64,000 nt of DNA, taken from Octopus vulgaris. Taxonomy: Eukaryota. Positions within the stretch are counted from its first letter, which is position 1, and each line of letters opens with the position of its first letter. Location of the stretch: NCBI GenBank assembly GCA_951406725.2, contig OX597817.1:75888001-75952000 (forward strand), read 5' to 3'. The position numbers and the translations under genes are program-made. The notes below the pieces were generated by a model. It was not told the origin of the DNA and did not search any database. It saw only the letters and a program-made list of their open reading frames with translations. Below are positions 39,095-52,327 of this stretch, piece after piece.

Positions 39095-39314
39095 GATCAC
39101 AGAACAAACATCAAATTCGTGTTAAGGACTTTAACACCACGCCTCTAAACATTTAATCATATATAAATGTTAATATAGCCTTTAACATATAAAGAATTCA
39201 TATATAAAAAAAACGCAGAAGGTAAAAAAATATATATATGCAAATGAAAATACAATCGACAAAAAATTCTAAAGCGTGTCATCCGACTAAAAATCTAAAA
39301 ATGAAATATCAATC

Positions 39315-39372
<58 letters not shown>

Positions 39373-39759
39373 CCCTTACATTTTTAGAGTACAAATTGAC
39401 TATTCTTTAACAAGTACAGTAAGGACATAGGCTTCGACGTCAATGTCAATACTATTAAAAATAACACACACACACATGCACATACACACACATGCAAGCA
39501 CACACACACACAAACGCATATATATATATATATATGTTTGTGTATATATATTATATATATATATATATGTACGCCAATCGTAAATTAAAATAATTTTATT
39601 TTATTTACAAAAGATTGCCGAGCTATGCATAGTCCAGAAAAGATAGGGTAAACGTTTTTTTTTCTCTTTCCATTTCAGAATTACAACTATTAGTGGTTTG
39701 GAGTTTAACTGCTCTTTCTAGTGAGTCAGATGTCCTATTATGGCCATCTCTTATGTGTT

Positions 39760-39808
<49 letters not shown>

Positions 39809-39855
39809 TTATATCTATCAATCAATCCATCTATCTATCTATCTATCTATCTATA

Positions 39856-39920
<65 letters not shown>

Positions 39921-39923
<3 letters not shown>

Positions 39924-40242
39924 CAATTTAGATTAGTTGAAATATATTTCAACTGCTAAAGGCAATTACACTGTAATTATCGTGGAGAAAAAACATCTCT
40001 CTTGCGGTAAAAAAGGTGTGAAAAAAACCAATTCGTTCAGTGTCTCCCTCTCCCAGGAATCTCAGTCATCAATGTTTCGAGTTTATATCTGAGATTTCCG
40101 AGGGAGGGCGATACTGAACGAACTGAGTGTTTTCATACCTTTTTACCATAAGAGAGATATTTTTCTCCACGGTAACTGTGGTATATAACTGCCTTTAGCA
40201 GTTGAAATGTGTGACACTTATTTCAACTAACCTAAATTGTGA
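39921..40242. mobile_element. Fold-back element/MITE with ~145-bp arms and a 23-nt loop
   Basis: TCACAATTTAG.TTAGTTGAAATA...ATCTCAG pairs with CTGAGAT...TATTTCAACTAACCTAAATTGTGA. Confidence 0.88.
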
Positions 40243-40482
40243 TTGTATTATTTACATTATATTGTGCTGAATAGTAAAAATCTGTTTAAACAACATTTGG
40301 AACATAAACAGTAAACAACATATTTTGCACCAACAAGCGATGCACAATTTTTCTCAGGGCTTCTCCATTACATATATACAGATGTATATAGAAATATGTG
40401 GTTGTGTGCGTATGTGCATATACATATGTATATGTGTTTATATGTATATATATATATATGTTTGCATGTAAGAATATCTATA

Positions 40483-40700
40483 CGAGGGGGCGTGCTGAAA
40501 AGGTCCTGGCTTTTAGGGCGTCGTAAAAGGCCTGGTTGGAGGCCCGACTTTCCGAGTTCTTTTACAGAGCTAAGAAAAACTGAAGTACCGCTGCAATAAG
40601 TGTGTGAATCTGAGAGCGGAATATGTTGAATAAATTCATAATTAACTGATTCTCCTATATTTTCTTTTACCCTCAGCCATGAACTTGTAACACCCGTTCT
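40483..40700. mobile_element. Mariner-type MITE
   Basis: TA-CGAGGGGGCGTGCTGAAAAG-TCCTGGC terminus and a decayed opposite TIR. Confidence 0.72.
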
Positions 40701-40708
40701 TATGTATG

Positions 40709-40742
<34 letters not shown>

Positions 40743-41171
40743 TGTATGTATGTATGTATGTATGTATGTATGTATGTACGTACGTATATATGATGTATTC
40801 CTATATTTAACAGTTATATATGTTTTATAAAATACATATATAATTATATGTATATATATGTGTATGTGTGTTAGTGAGTGTACATGTATACACACACACA
40901 TATATATTAGTATGTGTATGAGCGTACGTATAGTTTCACCTGAGTTAACATAAAGAAAAGGAAAGAGAAAAGTACAAACCCATAATCCAATACAATAACA
41001 TAAACTTCACATAACAATCATACGTAGTCATGAATTAGATAATTTATTGTATATGATCGTTCATTACTTTCATTTAAGAACTAACATTGTCATTCCATGA
41101 AATTTGAAAAGTTGAACTGGTGTAAATAACTTTGATCTTAATCGCAGACTTTGATACGGCATTATTACGTT

Positions 41172-41462
41172 TGTGTGCCTTTCATCCTTGGGCTCGATCT
41201 AATCGACTGACGCCCTCACCAAAATTTCGGGCCTTGTGACTAGAGTAGAAAAGATTATGACGTTCAACTTTCAACGCCGGGCGAAATGCTTAGCAGTATT
41301 TCCTCTGTCTTTATGTTCTCAGTTCAAATCCCACCGAGGCCTACTTTGCTTTTCACCCATCGGGATCGATAAATTAAGTACCAGTTGCTTACTAGGGATC
41401 GATCTAATCGACTGGCCCCTCCCCCAAAATTTCTGGCCTTGTGCCTAGAGTAGAACAGATTA
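41172..41462 (+). mobile_element. Two tandem 5'-truncated SINE family A (tail B) copies
   Basis: Tail AAAATTTC.GGCCTTGTG.CTAGAGTAGAA occurs twice; ATTAT(T/G)ACGTT occurs three times. Confidence 0.85.
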
Positions 41463-41524
41463 TTACGTTGGATTTTCTCTTTATATTTTCTCGTTATAAT
41501 CTCATTGAAAAGTTTGAAGATCGA

Positions 41525-41697
41525 AGACTGCGTGGTGAAGAAGCTCGCTTTGCAACCACGTACTTTCGGGTTCAGTGCCATTGCGCGGCATCTAGGGCAT
41601 GTGTCTTCTACTGTATCCTCGGGGAGCAACCAATGCTTCGTGTGTGAGTTTGGTAGAAGGAATCAGAGTAGAGGCCCACCGTATATATATATATATT

Positions 41698-41753
<56 letters not shown>

Positions 41754-41925
41754 TATGTGTGTGTGTGTGTGTATAGTTATCTGTTTATCTGCATACATAC
41801 ATGTATGCATATATTTATACACACATACACACACACACACGTATATATAAATTATTTTTTAAAACCCAGTACTTGTTCAATCGGTCACTTTTGCTAAACT
41901 GCTAAGACAGAAACACCCTCACCCC

Positions 41926-41998
<73 letters not shown>

Positions 41999-42155
41999 CG
42001 ATGGGCTTCTTTCAGTCCGTCTAACCACATATTTTCACAAGAATTTGGTCGGCCCGAAGCAATAGTATAATACACTTATCCAAAGTGCCATGCAGTGGAA
42101 TTGAACCCGGAACCATGTGGTTGGGAAGCGAGCTTCTTACAACACAACCACGTCT
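41525..42155. mobile_element. Inverted pair of SINE family B copies (41525-41682 plus; 41865-42155 minus)
   Basis: Both 5' halves recognisable, separated by microsatellites. Confidence 0.75.
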
Positions 42156-42199
42156 ATACACATATGTATGTACATGTATGTATGAACGTATGGAATAAG

Positions 42200-42490
42200 G
42201 GCGCATGGTCTAATTGTTATAGTGTTGCACTTATGATTGCGAAATCTTGGTTTCAATTGCTTGACCGGGTGGTGCGTTAAATTCTTGGGCAAAACATATC
42301 ATGTGACGTTAGTCTGCGATCACTTCAGCATCTGACGTGTGGCACACCTTGCATCTGTTCAGGCAACGTCTATTTGATAGAGGGAATGAGGTAATGCACG
42401 CCACACACATTTGATCACTATAAACAAATCCTTTGTGCAGGTTGTCCAGCAATAATATACAGAACCCCCATTCTCGAACTGCAAACGACT
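42200..42490 (+). mobile_element. Older tRNA-derived CORE-like SINE
   Basis: GGGCGCATGGTCTAATTGTT head, GGTTTCAATT B-box-like, TTCTTGGGCAAAACA. Confidence 0.55.
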
Positions 42491-42624
42491 ACCACCATCA
42501 TGCATGCATGCATGTCTGTCTGTCTGTATGCCTGGCTGCCTGGCTGCCTGCCTGCCTGCCTGACTTTCTGTCTGTCTGTCTGTATGTTTATATGCATATA
42601 ACTACGTATATATACACATATAAT

Positions 42625-43441
42625 GCAAAATACATTCCAGAAGTTCTGAGAATTTTTCAGGAGAGGTATTTATTAATTTCCAAGGACAAAACTCAAATTC
42701 TCCTGTAACATAGGGTTCTCTGACTTAAATGCGATTGTAGCGCCCCAGCTACTTCGTGAAGGCCCTATGGCAGTTCTCCAAAATGAAAGCATCCAGCATT
42801 CCTTTCCAAAGCTTCCTTCATTTTACTCCAGCTTGAGGGACAACCAAATATCCCTGGAAGTAAGGTTTGAACTGTAGAGAAGTTTAGGAAGAGTTTTAAT
42901 GCTAATCTCCGTCAAGTAAGTAGGCATTAGGATGGAATTGTGAAGTCGCTCTCGCCTATTGCGATGAAATCTCTTCTTGGACTTCCTCAAAGCCTCCACA
43001 AAACACTCTTTGTTGACAGTCTAAAGGGATCCCAGTGCATGTAGATGATGCCCTTGTTGTTGACAAATGGGGTTATTATGAGCTTCATTGTGGACTTGAT
43101 TTGCTTGACCTCTTGTCCAAGCGAAAAACAGATCTTCGGCAAATACAAAGGAAATAATCAGCAACCTGGAGAATGTCATTAGTTTCTGTACCATTTTTGC
43201 CCAGTTTAACAGAAAACTTTGTGAGCTTCAAAGCTGTCCCGACTGGATTAGCCAACTGTAACATGTAGTGTTTTCTAGAGTGTGTTCAAAGTGCCGTTAT
43301 AACCGTCTGTTCAGTGTGAAATGACACCAGTGGCATGTAAAATTATTTGATGTAATGTAATTATATATTAAGATTATAATAATCTACGATAGCTATAACT
43401 GCTTCCCCAAAATAGTATCAAAACTTCTAGAATTCTCCTCG
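42625..43441 (-). mobile_element. Decayed non-autonomous mariner
   Basis: TIR-like CCAGAAGTTCTGAGA / AAAACTTCTAGAATTCTCCTCG-TA. Confidence 0.55.
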
Positions 43442-43454
43442 TACATTATGTGTA

Positions 43455-43602
43455 TTAGTTAGTTAGTTAGGTAATTATTTGGCTCAAAAAGCAAAAAGCA
43501 AGGCCATGTAGGGGGACATGGAGTTATGTACAGGATGGTGTTCATGTAAAGAGTTCAGGCCACTTGTGGTCAAGGGAGACTTTGAACCGAGCGGTCGTCG
43601 GC
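43455..43602 (-). mobile_element. Probable LINE 3' end with a (TAAC)n tail
   Basis: GC-richer segment ending, on the minus strand, in AAATAATTACCTAACTAACTAAC. Confidence 0.45.
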
Positions 43603-43604
43603 GT

Positions 43605-43825
43605 ATACTTGCGTCTGTATTTGTTCCCAAACAAAGCTTGATAATCGGTGTTGGTTTATTTACATCCACGTAATTTAGCGGGTTCGGCAAAAGACACTAG
43701 CAGAATAAAAATATAATACTTAAAATATAAATACTGAAGTCGATTTGTTCAATTAAAATCCGTCAAGATTGTGTCCCAGAAAGGCAACAATCCTATGACT
43801 GAAACAAGTGAGTGATAAAAGAAAG
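43605..43825 (+). mobile_element. SINE family B, diverged 3' half
   Basis: TTAGCG.GTTCGGCAAAAG...ATGACTGAAACAAGT. Confidence 0.75.
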
Positions 43826-45962
43826 GAAAGGTATCAATAGCGAAGGCACTAGAAGACTCCCTTGAGCCTGTACTTTGATGTAATTATGAGGTTATATCTG
43901 TATTTTGAACTATTCCTATTATTACTTCATCTTTATATTGATGCCTTATAATAGAGTTAACTTATAACTAGATATGTGGAATGCTTAACTATTTTAGAAT
44001 TAACTTTTAACGTTATAGTTTTCTTGTGCCTAAAGATTTTCTATCGTTTTTCTACGATCTATCAGCTCTTTCTGCACGACAAATTTTCGGTTTAATTTTT
44101 GTTTATATATTTTCTTTTCGTTGCAGCTGCGTGAACCAATGCAATCGATAAACTGATGAGTTAATTATCCATACATATGTTAAGGTGCAATCTAGCCGTT
44201 GCGAAATCCTCTCTCCAGTGATAAATTTCATAAGAAAGTTTTTCTCACTTTTGTGTAAATTCTTTGCCCTGTCTCACCAACTCGATTACATTTTCGCGTT
44301 CAACGCATGTCAGAAGCCACACAGCTAGTGTTTGATTTAATTATGAAATTTTATTTTAATCGATAAAAGAAACTTTAAAATATTAGCTATCAACTAAATA
44401 GAAAATGCAAAGCCTTTGATTCAATTGTTTTCTTTCTGAAACAATTTCTCCTTCGCTACAAGATATACCGTACAGATTTCCTGCATGAAACAGAATAATT
44501 GCAAAACGAAAATAGGATTATATGACGTCATTACTTCCCGAAGAACGTTAATGAAATTAAATGTTTACAACTAAAGATCAAAACTATGTCGTTGAATCTT
44601 CTTGAGAGCTTAACTCTAGTCTACGGTTGGTCACTATTATAAGAGTTATATTTGAAATTTATGAATATTTTCAGATTTCCTCGACACTAGAGACATCCTC
44701 TTTGATCTTGCAATTGTGATCAGGAAGAGAGAAAAAGAAGGAAATAATAGTTAATATGTTGTAGAATACAGGTTTAAATTAGATATTTATACTCAAGCTT
44801 AAACACTTCAAATCATTGTATAAGCTGAGGACATACAGCATTTAGTATTGTTGTGATGGTCTTGTAAGTTTGAAGTGACAGAAAGTAAAAAAGAAGAATA
44901 GTAATCTGATTGTGTGAAACGACTTTCATTCCTTTACTTTCTCAAAAATGTTTTTAAAGTTTTAACAATACTTTTCAATTTGAGCTAATTAACTCAAATG
45001 CTATTTTCTTTTACAATCTTTCAGCTACGACGTTCGTGTTTCGGTAACAATTAGAATATTGATATTGATAACGCATTTTTATTAAAGAATTGTGAACTGC
45101 GAAAATTAAAATTAATTGGTTTTTGTTAATTAGCATAATTTTTATGTGTGTTAGTTTCATAATGTAATTTGTACATAAATAATACGTTGACAGAAAAGTT
45201 AAATAAAGCGAGCATGAAAGAAGATAGAAAAATATGCGCATTTGTTGGTCCCCGACCACATGTCTTCTTCGATTTAATTACTACTATACTACTTGTCCTA
45301 ATCAATGCTTTATGTAAGTCTAAACAAGTATTAACCTTTCAATCCAACGTTAACAGTTAGTAATTCGAATTTAATTACCTACATTAGAGATCGTCAGATA
45401 ACTACAGACTCCTTAAAAAGATCAAACAGAATTGCACAGGGAGTCGCTACAATCAGTGACAAATAATGGAGAAGAGATTCCATGATATGATCTAGACAGA
45501 AATAAATAAACAGTTACATATTACAAGCAGTATATATGCATTGACAAACCGAGTCCCAAAGAGTGAACTCTGCTAATATAAGGGTGTTAATTTGAAAGTT
45601 GGATTTCGTCGAGGATATACTATAATGGTATCTGTACAATACGTTAATTCGTGTTTCTACAAATGCATACATTTATGTCTTCTATATTCTTCATATCAGC
45701 ATCAAGTCTTTACCTCAGTGTAAACAGAAATCTGCCATTCAATCTTAAGTTATAATGAGTCGCTTGGCTCAATAAGTTTAGAGCAATCATGATCATCAAA
45801 AGTCCAGTAAAACGTTAATATCGTTGAACTTAATTGATAGATTTTAATCAATTGTTACATATTAATATTTTAGATAGCTTTCCAACAACTGGCCGCTAGA
45901 ATAAAACCTCTTTAGCCATGTAAACTACTTGACAGAAGTGTAGTTTCAGTCAAGTAGTTTCT

Positions 45963-46569
45963 AAGGCGGCGATCTGGCAGAAACATTAGCGCGGCGGGCG
46001 AAATGCTCAGCGGTATTTCGTCTACCACTACGTTCTGAGTTCAAATTCCGCCGAGGTCGACTTTGCCTTTTATCCTTCCGGGGTCGATTAAATAAGTACC
46101 AGTTACGCACTGAGGTCGATATAATCGACTTAATCCCTTTGTCTGTCCTTGTTTGTCCTCTCTGTGTTTAGCCCCTTGTGGGTAGTAAAGAAATAGAAAT
46201 AGGTATTTCGTCTGCCGTTACGTTCTGAGTTCAAATTCCGCCGAGGTCGACTTTGCCTTTCATCCTTTCGAGGTCGATTAAATAAGTACCAGGTACGCGC
46301 TGGGGTCAATGTAACCGACTTATTCCGTTTGTCTGTCCTTGTTTGTCCCCTCTGTGTTTAGCCCCTTGTGCGTAGTAAAGAAATAGGTATTTCGTCTGCC
46401 GCTACGTTCTTAATTCAAATTCCGCCGAGGTCGACTTTGCATTTCATCCTTTTGGGGTCGATAAATTAAGTACCAGTTACACACTGGTGTCGATGTAATC
46501 GACTTAATCCCTTTGTCTGTCTTTGTTTGTCCCCTCTATATTTAGCCCCTTGTGGGCAATAAAGAAATT
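45963..46569 (+). mobile_element. SINE family A trimer (all tail A)
   Basis: Junctions 46201/2 and 46385/6 (184-bp period); 17-bp TSD AGAAGTGTAGTTTCAGT at 45934-45950 and 46570-46586. Confidence 0.94.
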
Positions 46570-47844
46570 AGAAGTGTAGTTTCAGTGACACTTCTATATG
46601 CAAAATTATTCCTGGTTTCGTAGCAATAGTATATACATAGAAAAGGTCTTATTCCACACTTTTCTCTCATGTCACACGATTATCCTTATAAGTCTCATAA
46701 CCTTAATACAATAAAATAACAATTGCAAAGTTGCACTGACTTAGCAGCCAAAACATAATGCAGTTCCAATATGACACATCCACGATCATATTTCTTTTAT
46801 GGTGGTATCTTAGCGAGAATTCATACAACACTAATAAACTTTGCTATCTCACAGTAAGTCCAATTCTGTTGAATATGATGTATTTTAAACGATACGCTTG
46901 AAAGAATATAAAAAAACTGCTTTTTGTATTGCAAATGAATTATTTTTAAGAAATAAAATAGCTTATCGTTCAATGAAATTAGTACCTTCAGAAAATTACG
47001 AAAGAGCTAAAATTGTTTCTGTGGTAAGATTACCTCGACAATAAGACTGTTTAAACTATAAATGTGAATGCAAATAATATCGCATAATTTATTTCATTAG
47101 TCAGAATGGTCCATTGACTGAAATTAGACGTGGATGGTCCTGAAATTAGATGTGTGCATTTTAGATTAAAGTATATTCATCGTCACTCTGTTGTCACTTT
47201 ATTAATATGCAAATCAGATATTCATTGAAGGAAACCATGATGTTCTAACGGTAGACAGTCTCACAAAGGGATTTCAGGACGCAAATTTAATTAAAACTCT
47301 TCAAAAGGAGAAAAAAGTGCAATACTAAAGAGTTAAACGTATATCATTAAGGGATATGAGTCTGCTAAACTGTATAATTACTTCGTATTGATTTCATTGT
47401 CAGATTTGCTAAATAAACGTACGACACGACTGCTTACATCGGATCAGGAAGTATGTACGTGAGATGGCCACAATTAATAATTGCTAAGAAATAGCAAGAA
47501 ACTGAAAAACGCCAAAGTTATGATATGTCTGGTACGGCAATGAATTAATGCGGTAAAATTCTACATTAGTAATGGAAGCATGGCATAGAAGGCTGAAAGA
47601 CAAATAATGGTGTTTGTTAATGCAATTTAGTCGGTGTATGTTCTAAATGAAATTAGTTAAAAGATGCAATTAATATCGTAGCTTACCACAAAAAATGTTG
47701 ATAGTAGGAAAAGGAATTGAAAGTACTAGAGAAAGAGAAGTATCATTATCAGAGTCAAGGGATGACCTTATCCAAAGTTTACTGACGTATAGGGGGTAGA
47801 GTCTCTATACATTCAGTGTAAGACCTTCTATAAATGCTAAACGT

Positions 47845-48110
47845 TTAGCCATTATTGTTTTGCCGACAAGTGAAGTTGGTGGAGCTTCCACAGCCACTTT
47901 GTTGTCTCACAGTTCGTCCTTCTTTTAACAACACCAGCACTTCTCGAGACAAGCTCTTTCGATGGGACTCAAGCAATTCAAACATATAATTTTCTGCAAA
48001 TTCTTCAAAGGCTACAAAATTTGCTAGTGCCACAATATATTGTTGAATTTGATATACATTTTCTGCTGACGGGAAACGTGCACATTTACAGATATCCATG
48101 ATTACCCTTG
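47845..48110 (-). mobile_element. Tigger/pogo transposase C-terminal remnant
   Basis: IVALANFVAFEEFAENYMFELLESHRKSLSREVL resembles the Tigger IVxLA..GF.E..E.DV.ELLESH..PL..EEL motif. Confidence 0.6.
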
Positions 48111-49082
48111 AAGCCCTTAGAATTTTGAAGTATTTTACAGGCATAGGAGATTTTAATTTCATATCACGAACCGTACTTCACCCCCACGCGAAAAGTATGA
48201 GAAGAATTCTGAAAATTTTAAAACCTGATGATAATTATTCTTTTCTAGAAATAAAAATCCAACTCTACGTACGCATGCACTCACATAATCCCAAACACAT
48301 TAAAATTATACAGTTTATTCTGATTATTCATTGTTTATTATTATTCATTATTTCCAGATCTACAGAGTAAGTAATTAATTGCAACTTCTTGTTAATGTGC
48401 ATTTTAAGGCACAGTTAAAACCTTTTAAACTAAATTTTATTTGTTAGAAAACCTTTTGTATTAGAAGTTGTGTGTTGTATTCCTCTTCTTGCAAATCGTC
48501 ATACAAACTTCTAGATTTTGTCTATTTTTTATGGAGTGTTATCGCTGTGGGAATTGCAAGAGTCAATGTTTTTGCAAAATGGCAGTATTATTTCTCCCGC
48601 ATGTAAGTTTAAAAAAAATATGATTAACAACGTAATCCATTTCCCACTCATTTATTTTTAAATACCATCTTCACTTAACTTGATGGTCTTTCCTTTGTCA
48701 TATTGATTAAGAGCACCCCTCTATACAAAACCCACTTGTTAAATCCAACTGCTGTACTGATAAACAAGCAACATACAGCTAATAGTAAAATAATACAACC
48801 AAAGAAAAATCATGGTGGACTGTGTTAGCTAAAAGAAGTTGAGTACTTCAGCCACGAAATGGAAATAAGAAAATTAAAAGAGTGGAGGAATGATGTCAAT
48901 GGTGGAAGCTATATATGCGTGGAAGAAAATACCGGACAATTAAATTTAGTAGCAAACCCCAAGTCAGTGTAAATGGTGCGCGCACAAACAAGATCGGGGG
49001 TTTAGTGAATGGCTAGGTGTTGGCAAAAATATTGAGAGCAATGATTAATAAAATTTGCTTAATGGGTTGAATTCGCAAACAA

Positions 49083-49420
49083 TGTAAGGGCTCAGGAGAG
49101 AGTGGATAGCTATTAGCAAAAATATTGAGAACAATGAAAAGGTTTGTGAAGTAGGACGTGAGCAGGTGTTGGCAAGAATGCAGAATACAATAAAAAATAC
49201 ATTTAGAAAATTATGTTGGAATGTTGTAAGCAACAAAGGTGTACAAAGGAGGGAGAAATAATAATCATGCGAGCCTGTTTTTAGTTTTATAGCATCACAC
49301 AATTTTTTTATTTACATCCAGAAAAAAGAAAAGAATGATTTTATACATATATATCGTGATTTTTGTTTTTGAAATTGCTACAGTTTTCTTGAGTTATCCA
49401 CTCTCTCCTTAGCCCTTACA
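49083..49420. mobile_element. MITE with ~29-bp TIRs, possibly PIF/Harbinger type
   Basis: TGTAAGGGCT(C/A)AGGAGAGAGTGGATA(G/A)CT inverted at both ends; TAA-GGG...CCC-TTA. Confidence 0.72.
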
Positions 49421-51237
49421 GTTCTCGGGAGGTAAAAATACCTACTGCATCTCAAAATTAGCGGCCATACGTTACAATTTCTACAAGTGCGGAATTCCAG
49501 AACACTTTCCGTAATGCTGTGGATAATTGAATCTCTACACTGTTCATCTTACTGTGTGGAAAAAAGAAAAAAACGATAAACTTATATACCTGTAATTTTC
49601 TATATTTATATACTATCTAAGGAATATAAATTTGCCAAAATTTAATCTCATGCACTTACTTATCCAATTAGTGAGTTTGGTAACAAATAAACCGATTAAC
49701 TAAATAAAATATCAAAGAAATAACCAAATACGAGCCCCACGGCACATAACCTATCTAAATCTGTGAACTCAACTAAAGAAATTTTCTTAAAAATAATCAT
49801 AGATGGTTTCTATAAAAAATATAAGATAAAATCACGCATAAAACTAAAAGAGATAATCATAATAAAAGTATCAATACGAGTTAGTTACAGCAGTTTCTCT
49901 TTCAGATATATTAAACCAGAATCACATCAAATTATACCCATAAAGGTGAAGAGGATGTTTAGGTTGAAGATAAGATATTATATATACATGTAAGTAAATA
50001 ATGCAACAATTATGAACACACTGTACATTAATTCGTGCAGATATATACAATTATATTGAAAAATATCTTCTCACAAACAATACTGGTTTTAATAATGATT
50101 GGAATTCTGCTTTAGTCGAAAGAGCATTGTTGTGCTGGGAAAAGACTATTAAGGTAGCCATTTTTAAATAACAAAGTTAGAAGACACGTAAAATTCCTTT
50201 ATATCCGCCTGAAATCCGGGTTGAATTGTTAATTAAAATTCATTAATATAATTATGTACGCCTTTTGGATATTTTCGGAAGAAATGAATAGTGCCGCTGT
50301 TGATAGCATTTCTTAGCTGACATAGATAATTGGCACCTCTCTGTTCATGTTGAGATTATTGTCTGTTACATTAAGAGATACATCGCTCGGATTAAGAACA
50401 TCTGGCTATTCAATTAATGTATGCTCAGTTTAACATACTTTCGAATATCTATAGTTATTTCGCAGGATGGCACGAGGTTACACATGCACAGGTAAATCTA
50501 CACAATAGATCCTAAATGGAAGGCAAATCGAACCCTTACAGAATTATGTAAAGACATATATACACAAGTATGCATATGCAAACATACATGGACACACATA
50601 TATATGATATATGTATATATAGCTAAATCGTAGATGGGGTGAAATATGAAATGCTGCGAAAGCTTTTAACACGATGCCCAACGCACTATGCCACGCGGCC
50701 GCTTTCTCACCTGGGAGTCATTGTGTGTATAAAATCTATAAAATCGCTTTAAAGCAAATGCGTTTTTAACATGAAGTAGCTTACAGATTCAAAATAGGTA
50801 TGTGCATACACACACACACTCACACATACATACTCAAACATGTATGTGTATATATATATATATACACGCACATGAGGACACATATACATTCAGCTATGCT
50901 TATGAATATGTGAGCATGCATTTATTTATGTAATAAACATAAAACATAACAAAGAGGAAGCGTTTGATCGTATAATGTATTTAGTTACGTCATATTTCAC
51001 TTCAGACCTTCAGGAACACGCATGGTGTTCTAAATACTGGCTATTTGCCTTCGAATTAAAATTTCAGTTTTCCTTTCAGTTGCACATTCGTTTAGTCTCT
51101 TCCTGCGTCTGTCTTTGTCCGTCTGTATGTTTGTCTGCCTCTTACACTCTCTCCTCTCTCTTTCTCTCTCTCTCTCTTCTCTCTCTCTTTCTCTCTCTCT
51201 CTCTCGCTCTTTCTCTCTCTCTCTCTCTCTTGCTATA

Positions 51238-51304
<67 letters not shown>

Positions 51305-51331
51305 GGTAATAAAAAGTTCTTTGTCTAATAT

Positions 51332-51389
<58 letters not shown>

Positions 51390-51519
51390 GTGTGCGTGTA
51401 TTTATATGCATACATAAAATATATATCTATATATGCAACTATATCTGTCTCTCTGTCTCCCACAGATAACTATAGATAGATAGATAGATAGAGATAGATA
51501 GATAGATAGATAGAGAGAG

Positions 51520-51567
<48 letters not shown>

Positions 51568-51905
51568 GGTGAGAGAGGGAATAATAAATTACGAAGAAGT
51601 AGCGTATTTAAAATACAGGGCGGTACCGTATGGTGGAAAAGAAACAGTTATAATGAATTATAGCCGATTTCAACTCATACAAAATGATCTCGACTCAGGA
51701 ATTGCAAAGTACCATTCAACCGAAGATGTTGAAACACACCGGGCGAAAGCAATAAATACTGTAGAAAAGACAAAAGAAAATTTCCAAAGAAAGAATCAAT
51801 GAAAAACAAGTGTAGAAAACGTTTCTAATAAAGAACAAAATCTTTCAACTCACATGACAAGGTTACCGGGTTGTACCGAAAATATTATGAGATGTAAAAA
51901 TGCAG

Positions 51906-51949
<44 letters not shown>

Positions 51950-51972
51950 GTAGTAGTAGTAGTAGTAGTAGT
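51906..51972. repeat. (TAC)n directly abutting (TAG)n, forming a palindrome
   Basis: Direct reading; centre CTAG at 51947-51950. Confidence 0.95.
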
Positions 51973-52248
51973 GGAACCATTGTGCTTTAAAATAGGTGGT
52001 AACATGGGATATAAATGAAATATTTAAAGTGGATTGTGATTGATCTTAACAAACGAACGGCGAAGAATATTCCATGAGATGTTTGTGTGTTTATACATAC
52101 ATACATACATACATACATACATACAGCATACATGCAAACAAAAATATCCTGTAGTTGATATTGAAATTCCAAAGAAGGAGACTTGGATCTATGTTAGAAA
52201 CCGGCTCTTTCTCTATTGGCAAAAAATCTTGAAATAAAACTGAACAAT

Positions 52249-52327
<79 letters not shown>

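Noticed and set aside
47560-47600. MEAWHRRLK resembling a MULE transposase motif
   Set aside because: Too short, with no supporting upstream motifs.
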